This document shows, piece by piece, positions 24,802 to 35,624 of a stretch of DNA of 50,821 nt (the first letter of the stretch is position 1; each line of letters opens with the position of its first letter). A program made the translations under genes and the position numbers. The DNA is from a virus (taxonomy: Duplodnaviria; Caudoviricetes). The stretch covers positions 1 to 50,821 of IMG/VR virus record IMGVR_UViG_3300026551_000004, one strand, 5' to 3'. The notes under the pieces are model-generated. The model saw only the letters and a program-made list of their open reading frames with translations, was not told the origin of the DNA and did no database searches.

Positions 24802-27800
24802 TATCTATTCCTTAATGTAGAGATCCATTGATCTGTACGTTGATCTTTAAGCCACGGGGGTACATCTTTAGTACCGAACTGTTGTCTTGTTCGTTGAACA
24901 ACATCTTGAAAACGATTAAACATTCGCGACAATACTTCTTCTTTTCTCTCTTCAGGTATATAAACATTTAAATACATCATGGCATTAGTCATGAAATCTT
25001 CGCCTTGAGCGGTATCTTTATTATCATAGGCTTCCATGGCTCGTCCTGCTTCTTGAATTGCACGACTTTGTGCCCACTTCTCTACATTCTGTTCAGCCGT
25101 TTTAATATCCGTTACATGTCTTAAGTCTGCAACCTCTTGAGGTTGAAGTCCTGTAAGAAAAGACATAACAGACTCTGGAACTGTAACTCCGCGTAGTAAA
25201 GGATTATCACCTTTACTAATCCAAGCACCTGTTTTAGCAGCAGCAACAGCTCTTTCAGCAGCATTAAAAGTAGTTATCTCTCTTAATGGCTGAAGAAGAT
25301 GTTGATAGGAAATATTAAATTGATTACCATCTTGTCTATAACCAGACATGATTGCTTGTCTAAAAGGATCAAAGGCTTCCATAACACTACCTAAAGTACT
25401 GAAAGCAGCTCCACCAGTTATATCCCATATAGTTTTATCACCATAGAAAAGATCATTAAGACCTGTATTACCAAATCTTTCACCTACATTCCAATAACGA
25501 TCATGATCTACTAAAGCTAATATAGTAGAAGGAATACCTTCTGTGACTAAAGTATTTAAGTAATTATCACCAGGATTATATCCTTGTTCAATAGCTGCAT
25601 TTCTAAAGTAGTCTGAAGGTATTCCAGTTATACCCAGACCAACAGGCAGACCGTAAGCCATTGCATTAACTGTAAGCAATCTAGCTTTCTCTGGAGAAGT
25701 AAGACGTTTACCCCACATCAACTCTGCTTGTCTAATAGTATAAGTTAAGAACTGAGCTGGTAAGGCAGCAAATCCTCTTTGAAACATAGCATTGCTAGCT
25801 CTATTCATATTACCATTAAGAAGAGCAGCTCTGTTTAATACTTTCAATCTATCAGCATTAGTCCATTGACTTACTGGTTTAATCTCAGCTTGTTCTTTAG
25901 CAGCAGTGTACCATGATCCGAAACGGGCATTACGTTCACCTTCGGTAAATGGCAATGCACCAAAGTCTAGAAATTTACCCCACTGTGTCTGAACTATTTT
26001 GTTAGACATGGGATTATCTCTAAGAGCGTATTCACTACCTACATTAAAGAATCCAGTAGAAAAACCTGCTTCTCGAAATGCCTCCCATTCACCAGGTCTA
26101 TACCCAAATTTCTCTGCATTCTTACCGAGTGCGGTGAGTATCCTGGGATCAGCATTCATCCGAGACCATTGATGCATAAGAGCGCCAACAGTTCCTTGAG
26201 AAGCTCTTACAGGACCCGCAATACCTAGAATGTTTACGTATGTTTGCCCTTGAACCAATATCTGAGGAATAGCAAATAAACCCATCTTCATATGGAAAGT
26301 CATTGTTCTAATGAACCTGGTAGGATCAGAAAGAGTATGAGCTAAGTTAACTGGATCTATTTGTTTAGCTAAACGAGATACTCCAGGTATAGTACTTTGA
26401 TAAAGAGCATCAGCTAACTTCTGAGTCCAATAACCTATGACTGCATCTGTCTCAGATACTTGTCCAATGAATTGTTTAATCTGTTCTCTTGCTACTTCTA
26501 ATTCAGCTATTTTACGTGAGTCTAGAGGACTTTTAATGAAATTGGCATGATGAAACCAATACAAGGGAGAAGCATTCAACATATCTTCTTTAACAGCTAA
26601 TAGATTCTTTGCTTCTTGTATCCAAGAAGATACTGCACTAATCTTCATATCATCCATGGCTAATGTATTAGATATCTTATTCATAGCTCTGTTCATAGTG
26701 GGAACAGCGTCTAACAAAGGAGAAGGCTCATACCGATACATAGGAGCATCTGCTGTTCCTATATTATTCCAAGTAAACATCTCATTGGCATCACGTTCCT
26801 GACTGAATTCAGTCATAAATCTTTGATTAGGAGATGTTGATCTTATATCTTCAAAATTCTTATATCTAGCTTTAAGTTCAGACTCAGGAACTTTATTTAA
26901 GAGATTCTCATTAGCTCCGTGTAATACAAAAGGTTCATTAAGATTAAATCTAGGTTTAGTTCCTTTAGTCCATTGACCGAATGAATTACGAGAAGGAGGT
27001 GGTTTAAAGAAACCCAAGAACTCATCCCAATTTATACCCAATTGATTTTCAATTATATTTCTAGCAGCAGTTCTATCTGTTCGAAGAAAACCTCTTACTT
27101 GATTTAAAAGTCCTTCAATCTTTGCTCCGTCAACTGTATTCATTACATGCCAGCCAGACGTAACACCTACTAATTTATGAACAGTACGTGATCCTATTGT
27201 TTCTGGACGAACATCTAACTGACTAATTCTCCAAGGAGCTTTATAAACAAAATGCCCTCCACCTCGCTCTGGAAGTTGTGCTCCCCAAGCTATAGGTTTA
27301 GTAGAAAACATATAAGAAGGAGCTAATACATGTTCAACAATGTCAGTGTCTTTAAGTCCTCCGTATCCTGCTAGAGGAGTCTGTTCAGGAGCGTGTAATC
27401 TAACTACTTTATATTTACCTTGCTGTACCATATCTGCATAATACTGAGACTTAGGAAATGCTTTAGTACCTGGACCAGACGCTGGATGATTGCCTAGAGC
27501 ATTTAAGCGTTTAACTGTAACACTGCCATCGTGTTCTATAATAGCTATGGTACGGTTTCCAGTAGGGAAATGATCTCCAGGTATGGCGTCGAATTCAGCA
27601 CTCTGTACAACATTACCCGGCAACTTTGGATCGCGCCAGGTAACTTGATGGGACATAACACCGAGTCTTTGTTTGTGTTTGAGAATAGAAACAGTCCTTA
27701 AGATATGGTCAAATTCATTAATTCTCTTAAAAGCAAAGTAAGCAGCTATCTCCTGATTGTCTGGAGAACGTCCTATTGTTCTGCGATAAGCATATTCAAG

Positions 27801-29795
27801 TTCACCTATATTTTTATAAGTATACCCTATTCTATTATTATCAGGATCATATTGTTTACGCGCAGCATTTAATACACGTTCCCAATCATTCCATTTCTGT
27901 TTGTCTGTTATACCTGGTACCATACCACGTATGGCTTCAGCTTCCTTCCAAGCATAGTTCTCTATAACTGAATTTACAAATGTAGCTGACTCCCTATTTC
28001 TATTACTCCAAGCTGATTGAGTTTCATTGGGAGTTCTCCATCTAGCTAAGAGTGAATTAATCACTCCACCTTCTGGAACTTTATCTTCTGGAAGTCTAGC
28101 GTAGAAAGGACGCATAGCAGGAGCATCTTCAGGAATAGGAAATGGTTTGATTATATAAAAACCAGAACCACCTTGTTGTATTGTTACTTTAGGTTCACCT
28201 GCTTCAATACCAGCTTCAATCTTAATTGATTTAGGTATAAACTGATCTCTATGAATATCAAAGATATTCTGAGCTTCTGCAGGAGTTAATCTTCCAGGAG
28301 TTTTAGTAATCTTATTACCAATGATTTGAAAACCACTAAGACCACGGTCTTTAGCAAACATACCTGCTTCAGCAGAAGTACCGAAAGGATCTACAACAGA
28401 CCTGCCAATTATAGCATCAGACCACCAAGACCGATCAATAGGATGTTGATAAGGATTAGATTGGTTTAAGAAATTATCAGAGATATCTCTCGATCTACTT
28501 CTTACAGTTTGAAGAGCAGCAGCAATGGCTTCAGGATCTTTCTCAGCTAATGCTGGAAAACGTTCGGGATAAGTCAATCCTTTTAGAACACCTGGAAGCT
28601 CTCTTTCCATTCGTTCATATTCTTCGATAATGGCATTAGTTCCGTTAATATCTCCGCCATTATTTAGAATAGCATCAGCTCTACCTCTTCGTAGAATATT
28701 AGGAAGATTCTTCTCTGCTTCTACAATAGGATCAGAACGTCTGGCTAAATTAACTAGAGTACCCCAAGCACGTTGTGCAGCAGAATTAGCTATATTACCC
28801 GAAGCAAGAGTAGCTGCTTGAGTAGGTGATATTCCAGCTTGTATGGCTGATGATTGTATTTGTTGTCTAATTGCAGTATTAACAGTATTTCTTAGAACAG
28901 TAGATTTAACTAACCCTGCTACTGCAGAAACCTCTACACCAGGCATAGCAATAGGAAAGACATCTTGCATTACTTGATCTGAAGTAGACATGCCCACCAT
29001 GTTGGTAGCAAACTGTAGTCTAAGACCAGGAGGAAGAGAACTAGATATTGTATCGTATCTATTCTTCATAGCTTCATAACTAGGAAGAGTAAGTAAATCT
29101 GTTCTTGTAGCTTCTTGCGTACTTCCAGGAAGATCATACCAATTACTACCAGTATGCATTTTAATCCAAGGATATAATGTAGTTAAATTCTTGACTTCAT
29201 CCCAAGTCCAACTCAACCAACTCTGCTTATCATAATTTTCAGCAGCTTCCTGTTGTCTTAATCTCAGAAATTGAACCCTAGCCATATATTCTGAACCTAG
29301 GTTTATATCTTTATCCCAATTTGTGTCTGCTTCTTCAGGATGTATCATATTTAACCAAGAAGTATTATCTGGATTACCTTTAGGCCAGTTAAGATGATCC
29401 ATATATCGTTGAGAATAATGATCTTCTATTACACTCCTAGGATCATTAACAGCAGCGTTTACATTGTCAACATCTTCTTTTGTTAATGGCCATCCTGCTT
29501 GAGCAAGTTGTCTTATCTGATCTACCTTACGTGCAGCACTTGTTTCAGCTAATTTATCTGAAACATACTGACGAACATTCTTCTCTTGTCCTTGTATAAA
29601 AGAAGAATAATATCCATTATAATCAACATTAACTTTGTTCTGTAAACCAAATACAGCTTTAGTAGCTCTATCTCCGGCAATAGCAGGAGACACAGGAGGG
29701 CTAGGAGTCTCAACAGGAATGTTAGGACCCGTATCTTCTTGAGACGGTTCTTCTACAGGTATATTATATTCGTTAGCCAAAAGCTTTACCTGCAC
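24801..29795 (-). CDS. Large internal virion (ejection) protein
   Basis: 1664 aa; position after the gp14-like gene; start may be slightly downstream. Confidence 0.7.
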   Translation of the reverse strand: MQVKLLANEYNIPVEEPSQEDTGPNIPVETPSPPVSPAIAGDRATKAVFGLQNKVNVDYNGYYSSFIQGQEKNVRQYVSDKLAETSAARKVDQIRQLAQAGWPLTKEDVDNVNAAVNDPRSVIEDHYSQRYMDHLNWPKGNPDNTSWLNMIHPEEADTNWDKDINLGSEYMARVQFLRLRQQEAAENYDKQSWLSWTWDEVKNLTTLYPWIKMHTGSNWYDLPGSTQEATRTDLLTLPSYEAMKNRYDTISSSLPPGLRLQFATNMVGMSTSDQVMQDVFPIAMPGVEVSAVAGLVKSTVLRNTVNTAIRQQIQSSAIQAGISPTQAATLASGNIANSAAQRAWGTLVNLARRSDPIVEAEKNLPNILRRGRADAILNNGGDINGTNAIIEEYERMERELPGVLKGLTYPERFPALAEKDPEAIAAALQTVRSRSRDISDNFLNQSNPYQHPIDRSWWSDAIIGRSVVDPFGTSAEAGMFAKDRGLSGFQIIGNKITKTPGRLTPAEAQNIFDIHRDQFIPKSIKIEAGIEAGEPKVTIQQGGSGFYIIKPFPIPEDAPAMRPFYARLPEDKVPEGGVINSLLARWRTPNETQSAWSNRNRESATFVNSVIENYAWKEAEAIRGMVPGITDKQKWNDWERVLNAARKQYDPDNNRIGYTYKNIGELEYAYRRTIGRSPDNQEIAAYFAFKRINEFDHILRTVSILKHKQRLGVMSHQVTWRDPKLPGNVVQSAEFDAIPGDHFPTGNRTIAIIEHDGSVTVKRLNALGNHPASGPGTKAFPKSQYYADMVQQGKYKVVRLHAPEQTPLAGYGGLKDTDIVEHVLAPSYMFSTKPIAWGAQLPERGGGHFVYKAPWRISQLDVRPETIGSRTVHKLVGVTSGWHVMNTVDGAKIEGLLNQVRGFLRTDRTAARNIIENQLGINWDEFLGFFKPPPSRNSFGQWTKGTKPRFNLNEPFVLHGANENLLNKVPESELKARYKNFEDIRSTSPNQRFMTEFSQERDANEMFTWNNIGTADAPMYRYEPSPLLDAVPTMNRAMNKISNTLAMDDMKISAVSSWIQEAKNLLAVKEDMLNASPLYWFHHANFIKSPLDSRKIAELEVAREQIKQFIGQVSETDAVIGYWTQKLADALYQSTIPGVSRLAKQIDPVNLAHTLSDPTRFIRTMTFHMKMGLFAIPQILVQGQTYVNILGIAGPVRASQGTVGALMHQWSRMNADPRILTALGKNAEKFGYRPGEWEAFREAGFSTGFFNVGSEYALRDNPMSNKIVQTQWGKFLDFGALPFTEGERNARFGSWYTAAKEQAEIKPVSQWTNADRLKVLNRAALLNGNMNRASNAMFQRGFAALPAQFLTYTIRQAELMWGKRLTSPEKARLLTVNAMAYGLPVGLGITGIPSDYFRNAAIEQGYNPGDNYLNTLVTEGIPSTILALVDHDRYWNVGERFGNTGLNDLFYGDKTIWDITGGAAFSTLGSVMEAFDPFRQAIMSGYRQDGNQFNISYQHLLQPLREITTFNAAERAVAAAKTGAWISKGDNPLLRGVTVPESVMSFLTGLQPQEVADLRHVTDIKTAEQNVEKWAQSRAIQEAGRAMEAYDNKDTAQGEDFMTNAMMYLNVYIPEERKEEVLSRMFNRFQDVVQRTRQQFGTKDVPPWLKDQRTDQWISTLRNR

Positions 29796-30255
29796 TCATA
29801 ATACTACCACCAATAGCCGAGATACCTTGATCAGTAGCAAGTTTACCTTGAGCCTTAGCCATTGACATTTTCAAATCATCTAGTTGACTGGTAAGATTAA
29901 ATTCTTGTTCACCGAACTGTAGACCTTTACTTAGTTCTGCTATATTACTTGATCCTTGTCCAGATATACTTCCGTATGCACCTGCAAGACCAGATCCAAA
30001 CTGTGCACCTTGAGATGCTCCCGTTTCTAGAGCCATAGACCTAGCTTTCTGAGTATTTCTAACTTGCTGTAACATTTGACGATGGGCACTCATTTCCATA
30101 GCCTGTCTACGCACTTCATTCTGTTGTTTTTCAACACCAGCTTCTTGCATAGAAATATTAGCGATATCTTTTTGAGCTCCCATAGCTTCAATACCGCCGT
30201 ATATACTTACACCTAGACCTACTGCTTCTGTTCCTATACTAAAAGGATTGGGCAT
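29773..30255 (-). CDS. Internal virion protein (T7 gp14-like position)
   Basis: Gly/Ala/Gln-rich 160 aa immediately after the nozzle gene. Confidence 0.65.
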   Translation of the reverse strand: MPNPFSIGTEAVGLGVSIYGGIEAMGAQKDIANISMQEAGVEKQQNEVRRQAMEMSAHRQMLQQVRNTQKARSMALETGASQGAQFGSGLAGAYGSISGQGSSNIAELSKGLQFGEQEFNLTSQLDDLKMSMAKAQGKLATDQGISAIGGSIMSAGKAFG

Positions 30256-30256
30256 A

Positions 30257-32680
30257 TTATATTCCTGTATTCACTTCGTTCCAGATACCCCAACCCATAA
30301 GGTCAAAGGGTTTACCATCTACTGATGTTACTTTAATTTGCATTGCTAATCCTCTGCCTCTAAGTCTAACCTTATGATACATATTAGTATAATTATTGGG
30401 AGAATTAGATTTCTGTTGTTTAACACTCCATCTACCTGTTAACCCACTACCAGCATAGTCCCATATAGATTGTATATAATAAGAATTACTAGAAGGATTT
30501 CTAGAAAAGATATAAGCATAAGGAGCTTGGAATTTGGTTAAGGCTTTACCTGTTAATTTAAACCCAGTAGTAAAGAAACTAACATAATTATAACCTATGT
30601 TATTCTCTGAAAAGAAATCTACAAAGTTAATAGAATCGTTTTCTTCTGCGAATGTAATGTTAGATCCAACTGCAATTAAATATTTAAATACAGGAGCAGG
30701 ATTATTAGTACCTCCAGGATTCTGTATATACTTAATATCAGTTACAGTAGATAAACTATTAGTAGGTAAAGAATATGGATAGAAAGCCTGGGTAACGATA
30801 TTAAAAGCTAATATAGTATCGAAGTTATACCTATTAGATATACCAGATTCGTTAGTACTTCTAAAACACCATTGAACTACATAATCAAGTTCATGGTAAT
30901 CACCTCTAGCGTACTTCTTACTTAATATAGGAAATCCTGCATAATAAGAAAGAATAGTACCTAGAGTTAGATTCTTAACATCTAATTGAATATCAGGACT
31001 ATGGGCTGAACCAGCTTGTGAAGTAGGAGTAACATGATATATTCCTTCTTCATTCCAGAACATTGGATACCCTTGTACATCAATAAATGATTGACCTGAT
31101 ATTGCTCTGATACTGGATATCTTAGTTACAGTGTAATCATTAGCAGCAAATCCTATACCAGTACTACCGGCTATAAACCATATACCATTAGCAGCGAAGA
31201 CGAGTACACCAAATCTAAGAGCAAAGAGTTTATATATAGCTCCGCATCCAGGGATAACAATCTGACCACCATCTGAGGGTAAGAGATCAAAAAGAGTTTC
31301 ACTAGTAGGATCATTCTCTTGGTAGCATTTACCAAATGACTTCGCACTTGTAATGATCTGAGAGAAATAAATATTCTCAGACCACGTGTAAAAAGGTTCG
31401 TCTCCTAATGCTTGAAAAGAATCGTTAACTCCAGAATAGAAAACTCTACCTTGAAAGAATGCTCCAGTTAAAGGTCTAAGTTTAGTCGATACAGTTGTCA
31501 ATCCAGGTATATTAGAAACAGCAGAACGATCCTGTATAAATGGATTAAAAATAAATGAACCTTTAGGAGCTGCTGTTACTTGTTGCTGAACATTAGCAAA
31601 TGTAGTGGCTGGATTAAATACATTCGATGTATCTTTATACAACCACCATATATCTGAGTTAGACGGATAATTAGCAAGAACACCTAGCCATTTAGTAATA
31701 AAACCTACACTAACTAAAGACATAGTTAATGTTTCATTAGGTGTACTAAAGAAATTACCTCCTGACCAGAAACCCATTTGATTTAAATCAGTATTTGAAT
31801 TAGATAATACAGCGATAGTAATAAAAGTAAATGGAGAAACATAGGATGTAACCGTACCTGTAATAACAACAGAACCATTTAAATTATTATTATTAGATCC
31901 TGTTTTAGCAGCTTGAGGTATATTAACTTGAATTACAGAACCATTCGTCACAGATGTGGTATCAACTTGTGACGAAACATGCAAAGTGTAAAGTCCACCT
32001 GACGGAGGGATATTACCACTACCATCTCCAGTTCCTGTAGCAGTCCAAGTAGATCCTTGTGTCCATCCTTGATTAATTAGATTGTATAAATGTTCAGTAG
32101 TTAAAGTCTTAGGTCTTAAGTTATCAGGAACTCCAGGTTCATTAATACCCACGAAATCTCGTGTCTGTAATGTTACCGCTGCTCCTGTTACTAAACCATT
32201 AGAATAAGTACAAAAGAATGAATCACAATTAGGGTGAAATACAAACAAATATCCGTTACCTGTTGCATACTGACATTCAACTTGAGATATGTCTACTATG
32301 TTACCAAACGCTTGGAATCCAGGGATATTGACAGTAGAAGGCAATAAAGTAGTAGAAAGAGGATTAGTTATGGTAGCCGAACTAGATCTATAGAAATAGA
32401 GAGTACTTCCAATCTGTTCAACTAATATTTGAGTTAAGCCGTCCCCGCCAGCATTCAACCATCTAAAGGATGACCGAGCCACATTAATAGTGTTTATCTT
32501 ATTGAGGGAGAAATTACTCTCATAGTTAATCCCACTCCTACGAGTGACATCTCCAATTAAAGAATAAACGCAGTTCTGAGTATCAGTAGCTGCGTTTTCA
32601 GGAAAGTTTAATCCTGTAAATTCTGTCTTTAACCCAGCGATGAAATGGTTCTCTACTGCGGGTGAAGGTTGTTGAGCCAT
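30257..32680 (-). CDS. Tail tubular protein B (nozzle)
   Basis: 807 aa; NHFIAGLKTE N-terminus; KVRLRGRG...FDLMGW C-terminus; synteny. Confidence 0.8.
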   Translation of the reverse strand: MAQQPSPAVENHFIAGLKTEFTGLNFPENAATDTQNCVYSLIGDVTRRSGINYESNFSLNKINTINVARSSFRWLNAGGDGLTQILVEQIGSTLYFYRSSSATITNPLSTTLLPSTVNIPGFQAFGNIVDISQVECQYATGNGYLFVFHPNCDSFFCTYSNGLVTGAAVTLQTRDFVGINEPGVPDNLRPKTLTTEHLYNLINQGWTQGSTWTATGTGDGSGNIPPSGGLYTLHVSSQVDTTSVTNGSVIQVNIPQAAKTGSNNNNLNGSVVITGTVTSYVSPFTFITIAVLSNSNTDLNQMGFWSGGNFFSTPNETLTMSLVSVGFITKWLGVLANYPSNSDIWWLYKDTSNVFNPATTFANVQQQVTAAPKGSFIFNPFIQDRSAVSNIPGLTTVSTKLRPLTGAFFQGRVFYSGVNDSFQALGDEPFYTWSENIYFSQIITSAKSFGKCYQENDPTSETLFDLLPSDGGQIVIPGCGAIYKLFALRFGVLVFAANGIWFIAGSTGIGFAANDYTVTKISSIRAISGQSFIDVQGYPMFWNEEGIYHVTPTSQAGSAHSPDIQLDVKNLTLGTILSYYAGFPILSKKYARGDYHELDYVVQWCFRSTNESGISNRYNFDTILAFNIVTQAFYPYSLPTNSLSTVTDIKYIQNPGGTNNPAPVFKYLIAVGSNITFAEENDSINFVDFFSENNIGYNYVSFFTTGFKLTGKALTKFQAPYAYIFSRNPSSNSYYIQSIWDYAGSGLTGRWSVKQQKSNSPNNYTNMYHKVRLRGRGLAMQIKVTSVDGKPFDLMGWGIWNEVNTGI

Positions 32681-32931
32681 TATTCTATTACTACTTCAAT
32701 GCTTCTTCCTTTAAAGTAACTGGTCACATACTTTATGAATTGATTATAATTAGTGAACTTCTGCCGTAGTGCAGATGGGACTGCACCTTGAGAATACGCA
32801 GCGTGCCACAGAGTAATATCTTGCACGGCAAATAATTTATTATCTCCATTAAGAAGACGAGGATCTACATGACCCTTATAATCTTTAGGATTACTACCCG
32901 GTATAGGTCTGAGTTTAAATTCTAATTGCAT
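32680..32931 (-). CDS. Hypothetical protein
   Basis: Translationally coupled between the tail genes. Confidence 0.65.
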   Translation of the reverse strand: MQLEFKLRPIPGSNPKDYKGHVDPRLLNGDNKLFAVQDITLWHAAYSQGAVPSALRQKFTNYNQFIKYVTSYFKGRSIEVVIE

Positions 32932-34097
32932 TATGGAGAATTAACTCCACCAGAGTTACCTATGGAATTACGCATCCATAAATTAGGCGGATAACCCCCA
33001 TAACCACCAGTCCTAGGCACGCGACCAAAATCAGATAGTTGATCGAAATAGGAAGGTTTATTTGATTTTGATTTTGTCTTCTGTGCAACTGCCCACTGCC
33101 TTTTAATCTCCTCATCTGCTTTCGCATGAGGCATCTGTTTAAGTTCATAAAAAGCTAGAGATGTAGTTTCATTAAGTAGAAGAGGAAACTGTTGGTCATC
33201 TAACTTGGGAACAAAGTTATCCTGAAGTTTAAATACAGGAACTACTTGTCCAAAACCTAACGTCTTACTAGCTTGAAGTGTACTATCTTGAGTAGCATCG
33301 AAGGAATCAAACAATACCCAATTGTTCTGAATTACAGTACACATCATAGGTGTACGGTCATTTCTACATCTAAATGTAAACTGAGCTAAACCATCATTGA
33401 ATACATAAGAAAGTGTATTAGGTTGAGTTAAGTCTAGTTTATTAACTATATTTAGAAAGTAATCATTAGGTACTATCTCTACATACTTATACCCCGGAGG
33501 GATATTAGGAGGAGTAGCAGAAGATATAATCCAGTTGTTAAATGTACCTGGACCTGAAACATTAGTAATACTCATTGTTAATGAAGTACCTACATAAGCA
33601 ACTACATTACCAAGAATAAAATGACTACCTGATATAGCTTCAATAAACTGATTGAGCACTACAGGTAATGTACCAGAGGCTACAGTAAATGTTACCGTAC
33701 CAGTAGATAGTACAGGAATAGTAACACTAGACGTAGAGGTAGTTTGCCAAGCAACAGAAGAAACTAAATTAGTATTAAGATCATGTTTAAAAGATCCGAA
33801 CTGATCTGTCTGTGTATTGTCTAGAGGATTAGTATCAAAATACTGTAACCAATCTATTCTAGACACTCCATCGGGTAATACCATCTGTACAGGATTGTTC
33901 GAATTATCCGAAGGTGATAGTTGAAACAGCGTCTCATCAATAGTTAGCGTACCACGAGCTACTATATCATAATACTTATTCTGTAGTATCGTAGCTACCT
34001 GAAGTGACTCGGGAGTATCTCCTATCGAGTTTACTTCATCAGATGACATCCTAGAAAGGATATTCTGAACCATTGTTAAGACTGTTTGTTCGGCCAT
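32931..34097 (-). CDS. Tail tubular protein A (adaptor) with an inserted domain
   Basis: TVLTMVQNILSRMSSDEVNSIGDTPESLQVA N-terminus; FDSFD; synteny. Confidence 0.75.
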   Translation of the reverse strand: MAEQTVLTMVQNILSRMSSDEVNSIGDTPESLQVATILQNKYYDIVARGTLTIDETLFQLSPSDNSNNPVQMVLPDGVSRIDWLQYFDTNPLDNTQTDQFGSFKHDLNTNLVSSVAWQTTSTSSVTIPVLSTGTVTFTVASGTLPVVLNQFIEAISGSHFILGNVVAYVGTSLTMSITNVSGPGTFNNWIISSATPPNIPPGYKYVEIVPNDYFLNIVNKLDLTQPNTLSYVFNDGLAQFTFRCRNDRTPMMCTVIQNNWVLFDSFDATQDSTLQASKTLGFGQVVPVFKLQDNFVPKLDDQQFPLLLNETTSLAFYELKQMPHAKADEEIKRQWAVAQKTKSKSNKPSYFDQLSDFGRVPRTGGYGGYPPNLWMRNSIGNSGGVNSP

Positions 34098-34098
34098 G

Positions 34099-34494
34099 TT
34101 ACTGTTTCATAAACTCTTTAGCTGTGCCTACAATAGTGTTATGCAAGAAATAGAAACCAATAGTAACCATTATTACATTCCACAATTCAGGAGTCAGCGT
34201 TGTTGAAGCGTCATACCAAGCAAAGGCTTTATCCCACATAAATATCTTAGCTAAGATAAAAGCAGGACCAGCTGCAAGCAGTGTTCTCATAGTAAGATCA
34301 AGATTACTATGAGTACCGTCTGCAATAAGAACATCACGTTGAGCTTCGAGAGTTTTAATCCTCTCTTCAATCTCAACTTTCTCTTGATCGGTAGTGGCAT
34401 TAATATGAGCTATTCTCTCATTGGAGATAGCTGTAGTAATGCCATTAACCGTAGTAAAGATACCTGGCAATAAGCCTAGTATTGCTGTTAGCAT
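34099..34494 (-). CDS. Holin-like membrane protein
   Basis: Several hydrophobic segments, ending in IGFYF; adjacent to the lysozyme. Confidence 0.65.
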   Translation of the reverse strand: MLTAILGLLPGIFTTVNGITTAISNERIAHINATTDQEKVEIEERIKTLEAQRDVLIADGTHSNLDLTMRTLLAAGPAFILAKIFMWDKAFAWYDASTTLTPELWNVIMVTIGFYFLHNTIVGTAKEFMKQ

Positions 34495-34661
34495 TAGGGA
34501 AGCTTAGCTTTGATAGCAGTCACATCAGACTTAAGAGTATTAATCTCAGTCGTAATAGTATTCTGGAGACCCACAAAGGTATACTTACCAATGAGCCAGC
34601 CAGAACCGAAGCCCACTGCCGTGAGAATCGGAGTCGCATATTCAAGGACAGTTGTCCACAT
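34494..34661 (-). CDS. Small membrane protein in the lysis cassette
   Basis: MWTTVLEYATPILTAVGFGSGWLIG followed by a coiled coil; TAATG overlap. Confidence 0.55.
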   Translation of the reverse strand: MWTTVLEYATPILTAVGFGSGWLIGKYTFVGLQNTITTEINTLKSDVTAIKAKLP

Positions 34662-34662
34662 A

Positions 34663-35223
34663 TTATTTTCCTTTCGAAAATAGTTTCGTTATTAAATTAT
34701 AGTAGTAATCTACTACTGAATTCCAACCAACTGTTGGAATAGACGTAGTAATAACAGATTTTAAGAATAAGTCTTTCTCTGCTTGCCTACGTCGTACAAG
34801 ACCAGCAAGAACTCTGCCTCCAGCTTTATTGTAGAGAAGAAGATGATCTGCAGCTTCTACATACTTACCTTCATTGAGAAGAGGAAGAGCTGAAGAGTGT
34901 GCCAGAGCACCAGTGTTAAACTGGAAAGAAACAAGAGCATCAAACTGATTCTGATTAAGCGTAACATGTACTAGATTAGTTACTTCTCCTTCGACTCGTC
35001 CGAGGTCTTGTCCGAGGATTTTATCCGCGTCAGCTTGTGTAATAGTATCCCCAATAGATACGTGAGGAGGACCAGCAGCACTAGTATGCCCATACCCGAT
35101 AGTAAGTACTCCATGAACTGTATCCCCGGTGTTGACAATATGATCGTTGTAATCATCATACGATTGAAGGATTAGACCTTCAAACGATTCAATCAGACTT
35201 CTGCCGTTTTGGCTTGTCTTCAT
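34663..35223 (-). CDS. Endolysin, GH24 lysozyme
   Basis: FEG...TIGYGHT, NQNQFDALVSFQFNTG, GLVRRRQAE. Confidence 0.95.
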   Translation of the reverse strand: MKTSQNGRSLIESFEGLILQSYDDYNDHIVNTGDTVHGVLTIGYGHTSAAGPPHVSIGDTITQADADKILGQDLGRVEGEVTNLVHVTLNQNQFDALVSFQFNTGALAHSSALPLLNEGKYVEAADHLLLYNKAGGRVLAGLVRRRQAEKDLFLKSVITTSIPTVGWNSVVDYYYNLITKLFSKGK

Positions 35224-35320
35224 ATTCTTTTATCTTCTCCTGTAATTGTGCTATTTGTACTTGAAGAGCAGCGACAGTGAATGCATATTCACCAAGTAAA
35301 GCTTTAACTTTCTGTTCCAT
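35189..35320 (-). CDS. Small coiled-coil protein (43 aa)
   Basis: MEQKVKALLGEY...; coupled to the neighbouring genes. Confidence 0.5.
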   Translation of the reverse strand: MEQKVKALLGEYAFTVAALQVQIAQLQEKIKEYEDKPKRQKSD

Positions 35321-35613
35321 TATGGACCGGAAATAGAATTTACAAAACTAGTTACTCCAGAAGCAAGTTTTCTAAGATTAACTCCAGGTACACTTGAGTC
35401 TTCACCTAAGATTAAATATAAAGATTTACCATCCCCAGCTGAAATCCTAAGAGTATCTCCTATTCCGCCAGCATTATCTCTAGTTCTAAAAAATCTAACA
35501 TCTGTAAAATACCCTGAAGCCTCCACAGTTGATGTATTATCAGCAGTAGAGTAATCATAAACTACAGGAGCGCCGTCAAAAGCTCTGGTTAAATTAGCAA
35601 GATTAAAAGCCAT
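35320..35613 (-). CDS. Hypothetical virion-associated protein
   Basis: AAGGA RBS; YSTADNTSTVEASGYF. Confidence 0.6.
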   Translation of the reverse strand: MAFNLANLTRAFDGAPVVYDYSTADNTSTVEASGYFTDVRFFRTRDNAGGIGDTLRISAGDGKSLYLILGEDSSVPGVNLRKLASGVTSFVNSISGP

Positions 35614-35624
35614 GTTTTATTTCC

